From Chrysemys picta bellii (lineage: Eukaryota), in NCBI RefSeq assembly GCF_011386835.1, contig NC_088807.1, positions 24,614,001-24,678,000 on the forward strand: 64,000 nucleotides of DNA. The letters run 5' to 3'. The notes under the pieces are model-generated. The model was not told where the DNA came from. It ran no database searches and saw nothing but the letters and a program-made list of their open reading frames with translations. How positions within the stretch are numbered: the first letter of the stretch is position 1; the number at the start of each line of letters is the position of its first letter. Positions 36,201 through 48,599 of this stretch are shown here, piece after piece. The translations under genes and the position numbers were made by a program.

Positions 36201-36413
36201 GCCACGCCGCCTCGGTGGCTGACCGCGCCTCGCTCCGTTGCGGTGACTTTCCCGGGGCATCGCCCCCGTCGGCTGGTGCAGGGGTCCCCGATCTCGCTGG
36301 GACCAGTCGCCTCGCAGGGCGCCCTCGACCAGGCCTGCGTGCGAGGAGAAAAAAAAGTGTCTCTTCTTCCCCCCCATGCGGCTCGGGGGCCGCCCGGCGC
36401 CGTCCGGGTGCTG

Positions 36414-36535
36414 CAGGGTGACCAGATGTCCCGATTTTATAGGGACAGTCCCGGTTTTGGGGGCTTTTTCTTATATAGGCTCCTATTACCCCCACCCCCG
36501 TCCTGATTTTTCACATTTGCTGTCTGGTCACCCTA
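36414..36535. mobile_element. hAT-type MITE (122 bp)
   Basis: TIRs CAGGGTGACCAGA / TCTGGTCACCCTA with a perfect 8-bp TSD GGGTGCTG (36406-36413, 36536-36543). An 8-bp TSD is diagnostic of hAT. Confidence 0.9.
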
Positions 36536-38472
36536 GGGTGCTGGGTGCAGATGACGTCGCTGCTCCCCGGGACGGTGCCCGAGGCGGGGAAGTGGTTGGC
36601 CATAAACAGGCCTGGTGGAGCTGGATTAAGCTCCGGTCTCTTGGGCTTGGCCCTCCGCCCGCTTCCTTGTTTGCTCTGCTCAGGCGCTTGGCTCCTCGGC
36701 TGCTGACGCAAGGGTTTGGTTTCCCTGGAAGCCGGGGTCCTTCCTCGTTCCCGCTCACAGGCCGCCCTGTCCCCGCCGTGCCCTTGGCCGGCAGGTTTCG
36801 AGGCTGAGGTCCGGGGTGCAGCTATGCGGCCCCCGTCCCCACCCCGGTTCTGGTTCCTTCTCACCTGCCCCACCGACCGGGCGGCGCTCATCTCCGAAAC
36901 GGCTTCCCTGGGGGACCCCGTCCGCATTGGCCCAATGGCCTCCTGGAGATGGGGGGGCATCGGAGGGGCACCCCCCCAGTCCTGCTGGTGCCCCTCACTC
37001 CCGACCCGCAGCCCCTGCTAGCCCAGCCCTGCCCTGCCCCCCCAGCCCTGCTGGTACCCCTCACTCCCGACCCACAACCCCTGCTAGCCCAGCCCTGCCC
37101 TGCCCCCCCAGCCCTGCTGGTGCCCCTCACTCCCGACCCGCAGCCCCTGCCAGCCCGGCCCTGGGCTCCCCGCATGACAATCAGGGTCCAGACACCCCAA
37201 AGGGAGAACAGGGGGTGGCAGACACTGGTGATGGACGTTCCCACCCGTTGCGCCCGGTCTCTCACGGGCGCACGGGCCACTCGGCGCTTGCCGGCCCCCA
37301 CGGGGGGCGGGGGGAGCTGTGGCCTCTCCCCACGTCGCCAGGTGGGGCTGATTGTTGCACGGAGCACCCAGCACCACCCAGCCTAGCGCCGGGCCCTGCT
37401 GGTGCCAGGCGAGCCGCGGGGCAGGCCAGGCCCCCTCTCGCTGAGGGGCGCGGGGGCCGCCACTCTGAGCCCCGGGCACTGAGCCGGGCGAAGCCGGAGG
37501 TTGGGGCTTTGGGACGTTACGTCCGCGGTGGGTCCCCTGCCCGCTCTCGCCTGGGCCCCTCTGGTTTCTTCTAGTCCGTGTGCCGGTTGTTTGGTTTGCC
37601 CCTGGGGCCAGTCCCAGCGGCTGGAGGGTGGGGGCCACGGTGAGCTGATAACGGGGGTGGGTTTTGCTCCTTGGGGGGTGATGGACTGGAGGGGGGAAGC
37701 CGGAGTGCCCAGCAGTTACAAATATGGGGGGGAAGATGGGGGGGGGGTCCTGCACACCAGGGGGAAGGCAGATGGGGAGGGCCCTGCATGGTGGGGGAGA
37801 GGCAGATGGGGGGGCTCCGCACGGTGGGGGGGGGAGGTAGATGGGGGCGCTCTGCATGGCGGGGGGGAGGCAGATGGGGGGCCCTGCACGCTGGGAGAGA
37901 GGCAGATGGGGGTGCTCTGCATGGTGGGGGGAGGCAGATTGGGGGAACTTCTGTGCGCTCCGAGCCACAGTGGGGCAGCACCAAATCTCCCCCCCCAAGT
38001 TACAAGGTGGGGGGGTTTAGGCCCCCCCACATTGCTGGTGATCTCCGAGACCTCCCCGTGCGGAGGTGGCTGGGGGCGGAGGACACCCCCCCACACACAC
38101 TCCCCCGCTGGGCACCCAGGCCCGGCCGGCCCCTCGCGGAGGCCAGAGCCAGGGACCAAAAGTCCAAGGTCCCGGCTGGCTGAGGGGAGGGGCCCTCGGC
38201 CGTGGGGTGGGGGGGGATGGGGGTCCCCCCCCGCACTACCCCCCAGGGAGCTGGAAGGAGACGGCCCAGGGCTGGGGAGGCTCAGGGTCCCCCCAAACCC
38301 ACTGTTCCCCTCCCCCTTGCAGAGCAAATGCCAGGGGGAAGTCCTGCGGGGGGGGGGGGAGTGGCTGATGGGAATTTCCTCCCCCCGCCCCACCCCCGCG
38401 GCTCAGTCGCTCTCTGTCGAGCTTCTGTGCAGCCGCTGTCTGTCCGTCCGTCTGTCCGTCCGCGCCAGCCCC

Positions 38473-41400
38473 ATGGAGGGGGCCGTGACCTTTGGCCTCT
38501 TGCTGGCCTTGTGCTGGGCCCTGGGCCCATTTGCAGGTACTGGGGCGGGGGGGGGGGGTTGTGTGTCTGAGCCGAGTGGGCCCCCCCCAGTCTGTCTGTC
38601 TGTCTGTCCCTCCGGCTGGTCTCACCCCCGACTCCCCCCGCAGATGCCCAGGAGGGACTTTGCTACGAGGACTTCGGGGCCGGCAAGTGCAAGTTGTTCC
38701 TGGGGGAGGACGTGTCCCAGGAGGACTGCTGCCAGAACCCAACTACGGGTACCGGCCCCGCGCCGGGGCGCCCTGCCAGTCCTGCCGGTGAGTGCCCCCC
38801 AGAGCCCCCCCACTGCTGCCAGAACCCCAACTACGGGTACCGGCCCCGCGCCGGGGCGCCCTGCCAGTCCTGCCGGTGAGTGCCCCCCCCCGAGCCCCCC
38901 CACTGCTGCCGGAACCCCAACTACGGGTACCGGCCCCGCGCCGGGGCGCCCTGCCAGTCCTGCCGGTGAGTGCCCCCCAGAGCCCCCCCACTGCTGCCAG
39001 AACCCCAACTACGGGTACCGGCCCCGCGCCGGGGCGCCCTGCCAGTCCTGCGGTGAGTGCCCCCCCCAGAGCCCCCCCACTGCTGCCAGAACCCCAACTA
39101 CGGGTACCGGCCCCGCGCCGGGGCGCCCTGCCAGTCCTGCCGGTGAGTGCCCCCCCAGAGCCCCCCCACTGCGGCCAGAACCCCAACTACGGGTACCGGC
39201 CCCGCGCCGGGGCGCCCTGCCAGTCCCGCCGGTGAGTGCCCCCCCAGAACCCCCCCACTGCTGCCAGAACCCCAACTACGGGTACCGGCCCCGCGCCGGG
39301 GCGCCCTGCCAGTCCTGCCGGTGAGTGCCCCCCCAGAGCCCCCCCACTGCTGCCAGAACCCCAACTACGGGTACCGGCCCCGCGCCGGGGCGCCCTGCCA
39401 GTCCTGCCGGTGAGTGCCCCCCCCGAGCCCCCCCACTGCTGCCAGAACCCCAACTCTACGGGTACCGGCCCCGCGCTGGGGCGCCCTGCCAGTCCTGCCG
39501 GTGAGTGCCCCCCCAGAGCCCCCCCACTGCTGCCAGAACCCCAACTACGGGTACCGGCCCCGCGCCGGGGCGCCCTGCCAGTCCTGCCGGTGAGTGCCCC
39601 CCCAGAGCCCCCCCACTGCTGCCAGAACCCCAACTACGGGTACCGGCCCCCGCGCCGGGGCGCCCTGCCAGTCCTGCCGGTGAGTGCCCCCCCAGGAGCC
39701 CCCCCACTGCTGCCAGAACCCCAACTACGGGTACCGGCCCCGCGCCGGGGCGCCCTGCCAGTCCTGCCGGTGAGTGCCCCCCCAGAGCCCCCCCACTGCT
39801 GCCAGAACCCCAACTACGGGTACCGGCCCCGCGCCGGGGGCGCCCTGCCAGTCCTGCCCTCGCCCAGCCCCCCCTGAGGCCTGTGCCGTCCCCGCAGCCA
39901 GGCCGAGTGGAGCGACTGGACGCCGTGGAGCCCCTGCTCCGTGTCCTGCGGGGAGGGGGTGCAGAGACGCAGCCAGACCTGCCTGGGGCAGGGCCAGTGC
40001 TCGGGGGGCCCGCGAAGAAGTGGGAGATACAAGCCTGCAGCCTGCAGGATTGCTGCCCGGGTGAGTTCCCCCCGCCCCCCCTCCGGCAGCGCCCCCCCCA
40101 CAGTCAGTGCCCCACAGTGCCCCCCCACGGCCAGTGCCCCCTGTGCCCCACAGCACCCCCCCCCACGGCCAGTTACCCCCTGTGCCCCACAGCGACTCCC
40201 CCAGGGCTAGTGACCTCCTGTGCCCCACAGCGTCCCCCCCATGGCCAGTGCCCAACAGCGCCCCCCCCCACAGTCAGTGCCCCACAGCACCCCCCACGGC
40301 CAGTGCCCCACAGCGCCCCCCACGGTGCCCCCCCATGGCCAGTGCCAACAGCGCCCCCCCCACAGTCAGTGCCCCACAGCACCCCCCACCGCCAGTGCCC
40401 CACAGGGCCCCCCATGGTGCCCCCCCGTGGCCAGTGCCCCACAGCGCCCCCCACGGTCAGTGCTCCACAGCGCCCCCCCATGGCCAGTGCCCCACAGCGC
40501 CCCCCACGGTCAGTGCCCCCCTGTGCCCAACAGTGCCTCCCCCCACGGTCAGTGCCCCACAGCACCCCCCACGGCTAGTGCCCCCTGTACCCCACAGCAC
40601 CCCCGCACGGCCAGTTACCCCCTGTGCCCCACAGCGACCACCCCAGGGCTAGTGACCTCCTGTGCCCCACAGCGCCCCCCATGGCCAGTGCCCCCCTGTG
40701 CCCCACAGCGACCCCCTCAAGGGCCAGAGCCCCACGGCACCCCCCACAGCCAGTGCCCCCCGTGCCGCACAGCGCTCCCCCCGGGCTAGTGACCTCCTGT
40801 GCCCCACAGAGCCCCCCAGGACCAGTGCCCCACAGCGTCCCTCACGGCCAGTGCCCCCCATGCCATACAGAGTCCCTCACGGCCAGTGCCCCCTGTGCCC
40901 CACAGCGCCCCCCAGGGACAGTGATGCTCTGTGCCCCACAGAGCCCCCCAGGGCCAGTGCCCCATAGCACCCCCCACAGCTAGTACCCCCCTGTGCCCCA
41001 CAGTGCCCCCCACAGCCAGTGACCCCCTGTGCCCCACTGAGCCCCCCTCCTGCAATGCCCCACAGCTCCCCCCACGGCCAGTGCCCCTCGTGCCCCACAG
41101 TGACCCCCCCAGGGCTAGTGACCTCCTGTGCCCCACATCGCCCCCCAGGACCAGGGCCCCACAGCATCCCCCACGGCCAGTGCCCCCTGTGCCCCACAGT
41201 GCCCCCTGCTGGAGACCTCCACCCCATGCAGACAGCACCCCACATCACCCAGCCGTGCACCCCACAGCGCCCCCCTAGGGCGAGTGGCCCTCTCTGCTCC
41301 ACAGCACCCCCTGGTGGGAGAGGCTGGGGCTGGCATAGCTGGGATTACCCCCAGGCTTCTCCCTCTCTCGCGCGGATTCAGCACTTTCACTTCCCTCCTA

Positions 41401-44400
41401 TGGGTGCTGGTTCCCCCCCCCGCCCCCACCCCCCGGATCTCCCCCCCCCACAGCTGGAAATGGAAACTTCCTGTTCCCAGCTGCTGGAGCTGCAGAGAGG
41501 CCCATGGCAGTGATGGGGGGCTGGGACGAGGGGTGACAGGGGAGGGGGAGGGGTTGTCACCCCCTATTGGAGCTGGGCTCTGAGGGGTGGGTGGGGGGCA
41601 GGAGGGGTCTCTGGGGAGGGGTGTGTAGGGGGAGGGGATCTCATGGGAAGGGCAGGTGGATGGGTGGTCTCAGGTGGGGAGGGGATCTCTGGAATGGGGA
41701 GGGAGCTGCCTCAGGTCCCCACCCCCACCCCAATCCGGTGCTGACCCCCTCCCCCCACCCCCCGCAGTGATGGGGGGCTGGTCGGCCTGGGGCCCCTGGA
41801 GCTCCTGCTCCGTGACGTGCGCCGAGGGGGTGAGGAAGCGCGTCCGAAGATGCACCGAGCCGGCGCCCATCTGCGGGGGCTCCTGCCCTGGCCCCGACTC
41901 GGACACAATGCCCTGTGACACCAACAAGATCTGCCCCAGTGAGTGTGTGTGTGTGGGGGGGGGGATGGGCCGGGGGGTGGGAGGGGGTGTAGTCCTTTTT
42001 TGACACCAGCCCACCTGATATCCTCCCAAGCCGGCTAGGGGAAGAGTGGCTCTGAACTCAACCAGGCCACATCCGAGAAGGAGACGTGCAGCATACGACG
42101 CCGAGGAAGGTGGGGTGGAATCAACGCGTAGCTACAAAGTGGGGACTAGGCGGTCGCACGGCTGAAAAGGATCTGGGGGTTTGAGCGGATCCCGAGTGGA
42201 ATAGGACTCTACAACGGGACGCGGCTGGGGGGAAGGCTAATCTCATTCTGGGTGTGTTAACGGGGGGGTCGCATGTGAGACACAGGACAGTCGTGGTCCC
42301 CGCCCCGGTCGGCACTGGGGGGCCCTGGTGGGGAGGACTGTGTCCGGCTCTGGGCGCCCTCCCGCATTAGAAAAGTTCGTGAACAAATTGGGGAGAGTCC
42401 AGAGCAGAGCAACCAAAAGGATCGAAGGTTTAGAAAACCCGACCTAGGAGGGACGGTTAAAAGAAACGGGGCACGTTTGGTCTGGAGAGAAGGAGACTGA
42501 GGGGGGACCTGAGAACAGTCTTTAGCTACCTCACGGGCTGTTCTAAAGAGGACACTGGTCAATTGTTCTCCGTGTCCGCTGAGAGAAGGACGAGACGTAA
42601 AGGGCTGAATCTACAGCCAGTGGGATGGAGGTTAGATATTGGGAGAAACTTTCTAACTCTCAGGGTCGCTCAGCTCCAGAATTGGCTTCCAAGGGGGCTG
42701 TGGGACCCCGTCATTGGAAGGTTTTAAGAAGAAGTTGGACAAACCCGTCAGGGATAGATTAGATTGACTTAGTCCTGCCTCTGCTCAGGGGGCTGGATTT
42801 GGTGACCTTCCGAGGTCCCTTCCAGCCCGACACATCTAGGATCTAATTCTATTCCATAGATGTTTTTATACTGCATTCATCCCGGAGTATCTGGTTGGGT
42901 GGGTAGGGGGATGGGTGGGGGACAGGATGGATGGCTGGGTAGGTGGATGGTTGGATGTGGGGGTGGGGGCAGGGATGGATGGTTGGGTGGTCGGATGGAT
43001 GGATGGGGAATGGGTTGTTGGGTGGAAGGATTAGTGGATAGGTGGATGGGGTTGGGTGGGTGCATACATGGGTGGGTGGTAAGGGATGGGTGGGTGGGGA
43101 GGATGGATTGTTGGGTGCTTGGACAGAAGGATTAAGGGGCGGGTTGAGGTGGGGAGGGGGATGGCTGGTTGGGTGGCTGGACGGATGGATAGGAATGGGT
43201 GGATGGATGGGTAGTTGGGTGGAGGGATGGGTTAGGGTAAGGGTGGGTGGATAGACAGCTGGATGGTGGGGAATTGTGGGGGCAGGGATGGATGGGTAGA
43301 TGGATGGATGGGCTAAAGGGTGGGTGGACACCTGGATGGGTGGGTGAGCAGACAGGGATGGTTGGGTGGATGATGTTGGGACCTTATCCACTCAGTTCCC
43401 AAGAACTCAGCTCAACGCCAAGCTCATCACGGAGGTTTCTCTCCTGGCACCCAGGGGCCCGACGCTGCGCTACTGAGGCTCACAGGTGCAGGGGGTGGGT
43501 CCAGGATGAACCATGCACCCAAAATACAAACACATTCACCAGCTGCTAAACACGTCCTCACACAGACGCCGCCCGCGCTCTCTGTTCTACATCCGCACAC
43601 ACACTCTGTGATCGGCTCCTTAGTTCCTGGGAGCCAATCTCTGGTCACACGTTCGCCATCCGCCTGCTGTTCCCTTATCTACTAACTACATATTTACAAG
43701 GCTGTTGGGAATTCAGGCTTTGTTACATTGTTTCGTGGCCTTGGTCAGAATAGACCTATAGCTGGGTGGGGAGTGACTGAGTGGACGGCTGGGTAGAGAT
43801 GGTCCAGTGGATGGATGCGGGTGGTGGATGGATGGTAAGTTGGATGGGGGGGATGGGTGGGCAGGGATAGATGAATGGTTGGGTGGATGGGGGAGCAGAG
43901 ATGGATGGGTGGGGGGGGTGCTTGAGTGGGGGGATGGATGGGAAGGGATGGTTGGGTAGTTGAATGGGGGGGATGGGTGGGAGGAGATGGTTGTGGGGGG
44001 ATGGGTGGGAAGGAATGGTTGGGTAGTTGAATGGGGGGATGGGTGGGAGGAGATGGTTGTGGGGGGATGGGTGGGAAGGAATGGTTGGGTAGCTGAATGG
44101 AGGATAGGTGGGAAGAGATGGTTGTGGGGGGAGGGGTGGGAAGGGATGGTTGGGTAGTCGTATGGGGGATGGGTGGGAAGGGATGAGTAGTTGAATGGGG
44201 GGATGGGTGGGAAAAGATGGTTGTGGGGGGATGGGTGGGAAGGGATGGTTGGGTAGTTGAATGGGGGGATGGGTGGGAAGGGATGGGTAGTTGAATGGGT
44301 GGATGGGGAGCAGAGATGGATGGGTGGGGGTGCTTGGGTGGGGAGATGGATGGAAAGGGATGGTTGGGTAGATGGTTGTGGGGGGGATGGGTGGGTGGGC

Positions 44401-46520
44401 TATGGCTGGGTCACTGGATGGGGGATAGGTGGGCAGGTGGGGGTGAATGGCTTCTCCCAATACTGACACCTGATCTCTCCCTCTCTGTAGCTCATGGTAA
44501 CTGGGGCAGTTGGGGGCAATGGGGGTCCTTGTTCTGCCACATGCTCTCCAGAGGACGTGAAGCTGAAGCCCCAGCAGCGTCGTTGGCGGGTTTGCAACAA
44601 CCCCCCGCCTTCCGTCATCCCTCCCGGACTCCCCTGCATTGGACCCACCAGTGAGGACCAGTCGTGCCCCGGGCTGCCCTTCTGCCCAGGTGAGAAAGAC
44701 CCTCCTGCCCCCCCTCTCCCCGAGCCAGCCAGTCCCCTGCCCTGGGGCCAGATGGGAGCCGGCGCCCTCCAGAGGGGGACAGGCCCTGCCCCGTTCCCCA
44801 CCCCCCCAAGCCAGCCAGTCCCCGCCCTGGGCATTCTCCCAACCCTCGGGGGAGGTTTCTCATGCTGACCTGTGTTTCTTTCTCTCTGACCCTGCGCCCT
44901 GCCTAGTGGACGGTGGCTGGAACAACTGGGAGACATCCAGCACCTGCTCGGTGACCTGTGGCCTGGGCCGGGTAACGCAGAAGCGTCTTTGTAACAACCC
45001 AGCTCCACGGCATGGTGGTAAGGCCTGTCTTGGCCTCAATACCCGGTCACATTTCTGCAACACCAAAATACCCTGCCCAGGTAAGGGGGCAGGGACAGAC
45101 AAAGAGCATTGGAGGGGGAAGTGGACACCCTCTGTCCCTGGAGGGGAGGGCAGGTGGAGGGGTGGGACAAGGGGTGGAGGAATGGAAGTATAGAGGAAAA
45201 GAAGAATGGATGGATCAGGAAGAGAATGAAGGGGTAGAAAAGTGATGGGATGCACAGAGAGATGGAGGGAGGAATGGAAAAGATGGATGGATGGAGGGAG
45301 AGATGAACGTGCAGTAAAATGATGGATGCGTGAATGGAGGGGTGCGTATTGGGATGGATGGAAGTAGAAATGGATGAATTAATGGATGGAGGGGTGAATG
45401 GATGAATGAATAGGTCAATGGGTGGGTGGATGGATGGATCAATGGTTGGTTGGGTCAATGGACAGATGGCAATGGGTGGGTGGATTGATGGCTAGGTCAA
45501 TGGATGGATGTTTGTGTGGGTCAATACATGGATGAATGATGGGTGGGCAGATTGTGTGTGGGTAGATGGATGGATGGGTGGTTGGATGGATGATGGGTCA
45601 GTGGTGGGTCGATGGATGAATGGATCAATGGTTGGGTGCATCTGTGGATGGATGGTAGGGTGGATGTTTGGGTGAGTCAGTGGATGGATGGATGATGGGT
45701 GGGCTGGTTTGTGTGTGGGTAGATGGATGGATAGCTCAATGGGTGGATGGATGAGTGGGTCAATGGGTGGATGAATGGATGGGTAAATGGGTGGATGGAT
45801 GGATGGGTCAATGGGTGGGTGGATGGATGGATGGGTGAGTCAGTGGATGGATGGATGATGGGTGGGCTGGTTTGTGTGTGGGTAGATGGATGGATAGCTC
45901 AATGGGTGGATGGAGGAGTGGGTCAATGGGTGGATGAATGGATGGGTCAATGGGTGGGTGGATGGATGGGTCAATGGGTGGGTGGATGGGTGGGTCAATC
46001 GGTGGGTTGATGGATGGCATGGATGGATGGATGGATGGATGGATGGATGGGTCAATCGGTAGGTTGATGGATGGATGGGTCAATGGGTGGGTGGGTGGAT
46101 GGATGGGTGGGTCAGTGGCTGGACGGATGATGGGTGGTCAGGTTTGTGTGTGGGTAGATGGATGGATGGGTCAATGGGTGGATGAGTGGGTCAGTGGATG
46201 GATGGATCAATGGTGGGTAGATGGATGGATGGGTCGATGGATGGATGATGGGTGGGCTGGTTTGTGTGTGGGTGGATGGATGGATGGGTCAATGGGTGGA
46301 TGATGGGTGGGCTGGTTTGTGTGTGGGTAGATGGATGGATGGGTCAATGGGTGGATGAGTGGGTCAGTGGATGGATGGATCAATGGTGGATGGATGGATG
46401 GATGGGTCAATGGGTGGATGGATGGATGATGTATCAATGGATGGATGGATGGGTGGGTGGGAGGACTCACAGTCATACTCTGTTGTCTCTGGGGGTCTCC
46501 CCGTCTCTCCCCCGCAGTGG
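38473..46520 (+). CDS. CFP: Properdin (complement factor P) copy 1, 3'-truncated at gap; exons 38473-38536, 38644-38787, 39898-40060, 41768-41938, 44491-44689, 44907-45080, 46518-gap; three 1-bp frameshifts as assembled
   Basis: Signal peptide [24 protein letters not shown]0 [28 protein letters not shown]1-4 with WxxW...CSVTC motifs, canonical splice sites. Indels at about 38740 (-1), 40014 (-1) and 44521 (+1) relative to copy 2. Confidence 0.9.
38724..39858 (+). repeat. About 89-bp tandem array duplicating the 3' end of CFP exon 2 plus its splice donor (mirror 57060-58105)
   Basis: Unit CTGCTGCCAGAACCCCAACTACGGGTACCGGCCCCGCGCCGGGGCGCCCTGCCAGTCCTGCCG|GTGAGTGCCCCCCCAGAGCCCCCCCA; 12 donors in this arm, 11 in the mirror. 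Confidence 0.95.
40070..41270. repeat. C-rich degenerate minisatellite (GTGCCCCACAGC cores) in CFP intron 3 (mirror 55620-56820)
   Basis: Repeated CAGTGCCCCACAGCACCCCCC and GGGCTAGTGACCTCCTGTGCCCCAC modules. Confidence 0.9.
42370..42858 (+). mobile_element. Older CR1 LINE 3' fragment in CFP intron 4
   Basis: Degenerate [13 protein letters not shown]-like coding end, GAGGTTAGATATT...AACTTTCTAAC 3'UTR motif and GAGGTCCCTTCCAGCCC...ATTCTATT terminus. Confidence 0.8.
42880..46460. repeat. GGAT/GGGT-rich low-complexity intronic tracts (42880-43380, 43760-44450, 45190-46460; mirrored at 50440-54010)
   Basis: Purine- and G-rich simple repeats between CFP exons. Confidence 0.85.
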
Positions 46521-47020
46521 NNNNNNNNNNNNNNNNNNNNNNNNNNNNNNNNNNNNNNNNNNNNNNNNNNNNNNNNNNNNNNNNNNNNNNNNNNNNNNNN
46601 NNNNNNNNNNNNNNNNNNNNNNNNNNNNNNNNNNNNNNNNNNNNNNNNNNNNNNNNNNNNNNNNNNNNNNNNNNNNNNNNNNNNNNNNNNNNNNNNNNNN
46701 NNNNNNNNNNNNNNNNNNNNNNNNNNNNNNNNNNNNNNNNNNNNNNNNNNNNNNNNNNNNNNNNNNNNNNNNNNNNNNNNNNNNNNNNNNNNNNNNNNNN
46801 NNNNNNNNNNNNNNNNNNNNNNNNNNNNNNNNNNNNNNNNNNNNNNNNNNNNNNNNNNNNNNNNNNNNNNNNNNNNNNNNNNNNNNNNNNNNNNNNNNNN
46901 NNNNNNNNNNNNNNNNNNNNNNNNNNNNNNNNNNNNNNNNNNNNNNNNNNNNNNNNNNNNNNNNNNNNNNNNNNNNNNNNNNNNNNNNNNNNNNNNNNNN
47001 NNNNNNNNNNNNNNNNNNNN
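46521..47020. other. Assembly gap (500 N) at the centre of the inverted duplication
   Basis: Run of N beginning 3 nt into CFP exon 7 of copy 1. Confidence 1.
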
Positions 47021-48333
47021 GAGGAGATGGGGAGAGAGGGGGAGGTGGGGAGGGAAGGGGCTGGAGGGGGAGGGTCTAGGGCTGGGGGATACTCGTGTGA
47101 CCCAGGAGCCCCATGGCCCAGCCATGCCGCTCTGGGCACCGTCCCCCGCTGGGTAAGGCCGCAGCGGGACGGGCGTGGGGCAGCGACGTTCAGGGGCACG
47201 CAGCCCCCCAGCCACCCGGGGGGGGGAGTCTCGGCGCTCACCCAGCCAAGCCCAGCAGGGAGCTAGACAAGGACCCACCAGCTCGCTGCTGGGCTCCAGC
47301 TTCTAAACAAGACTTGGGTGCCCCCCGCCAGTGGGGCAGCCCCCCCAGGGGTCCCACTCTTCCTTCAGGGCAGACCCCCCCCCAGCTCCAGCCAGATTCC
47401 AAGCCTTGGACCCCGGAAACTATTAGCCGAGCAGCGTTTGGGACTGAGCAGAAGGGAAACTGAGGCACGCGTTAACACCCCCCCCCCTTGGCAATGCCCG
47501 CGCCGTCGCTCCTTTCCACGACATGGACGAGCCAAGAAGACCTTGACAGGGTTGGGGGAGACTGACGGGACGGATTTAAATTCACCAGCCGCCCCGGTGG
47601 TAGCAGGAGCCCGGGGCCGGCACCGTGGAAGAGGAGACGGGGCAGAAGACGGTGGACACTCGGCCGGCGCCAGTGGAAAGCGGCTCCCAGCTCTCCGGGC
47701 TGGCCAGGCGCCGGCCAGCAGGGGCAGGGGAGAGGGAATCCCTGATCAGCCAGGAAAGGGCCCGGCTAGGAAGGCCAGGCGCGAGGTGGCCGGATGTGGC
47801 TTTCTTGGCCTGCGGCCTGGTGTGGCCCGTCCTGGGACGAGCTCTTTGAATCTGAAGGGCCGGGTGGGTTTCCCCAGAGCTGCGACACCATGTGCTACTG
47901 AGGGGGGGACCAGAGGAGAAGCTGGTGAGAAGGGAGGGAGGATGTGCAGGGGGGGCTGGAGGTCCAGGGAGGGGGGGATTCACAGTAGGGGGCACAGACA
48001 GGTGGGACAGACCTGGGCTCCTAACTACAGCTCTTCTGCGCCTCCCCCATGTAGATGCTCCTCCACCAGCAAGGCGTAGAACCCAGGAGTCCTGGCTCCC
48101 AGCCCCCCCCCCCCCCCCACCGCTCTAACCACTAGACTCCACTCCCCTCCCAGAGCTGGGGTGAGAACCCAGGAGTCCTGGCTCCCAGCCCCCCCGTGCT
48201 CTAACCACTAGCCCCCACTCCCCTCCCAGAGCCGGGGAGAGAACCCAAGAGTCCTGGCTCCCCACCCCCCCGCTCTAACCACTAGCCCCCACTCTCACAC
48301 ACACACACAGCTGGGCGGGGCCCATTCTCTCTC

Positions 48334-48339
48334 TTTATT
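48334..48339 (-). terminator. Candidate CFP polyadenylation signal; terminal exon probably starts at 48536
   Basis: TTTATT on +, and a strong minus-strand acceptor cctgttctttgcag| at 48537. Confidence 0.55.
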
Positions 48340-48599
48340 GTGATGGATGCAAAGGGGATTTCTGGGGGTCGGGGTCATAACTGCGGGGGGCTGCTGGGTG
48401 TTTCCATAGGGATCCCCTGGAAGGAGGGGGAAGAGCTGCTGGCGTGGGGATCCTGACCCCCTCCCCCCCCGCAGAAGGGGGGTGGGGGGAGGGGTCTTCC
48501 GGAGAAGCACCTTCGCCTGGCTCCTGCCAGATCCACCTGCAAAGAACAGGCAGTGAAAGGGTTAAATCAGAGACCCAGGCCCCTCCCCCCCCAGCCGCG

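Larger units (their letters stand above)
33401..46520 (+). repeat. Left arm of large inverted duplication (mirror of 50387-64000)
   Basis: 33401 ACAAATTGGAAAGAGTCCAG is the reverse complement of the last 20 bases of the window, and 46520 maps to 50387. Gene, CR1, MITE and VNTR order are mirrored. Confidence 0.95.

Noticed and set aside
38724-39858. CRISPR-like regularly spaced repeats
   Set aside because: Head-to-tail units have no unique spacers, there are no cas genes, and the context is vertebrate.
43381-43700. Unique sequence island in CFP intron 4 considered as a missing TSR exon
   Set aside because: No WxxW/Cys TSR pattern, and exons 4 and 5 already join in phase to give the full TSR2-TSR3 sequence.
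47625-47849. 74-aa ORF MEEETGQKTVD... downstream of CFP copy 2
   Set aside because: No recognisable homology or supporting splice structure; SYN1, expected by synteny, was not detected.
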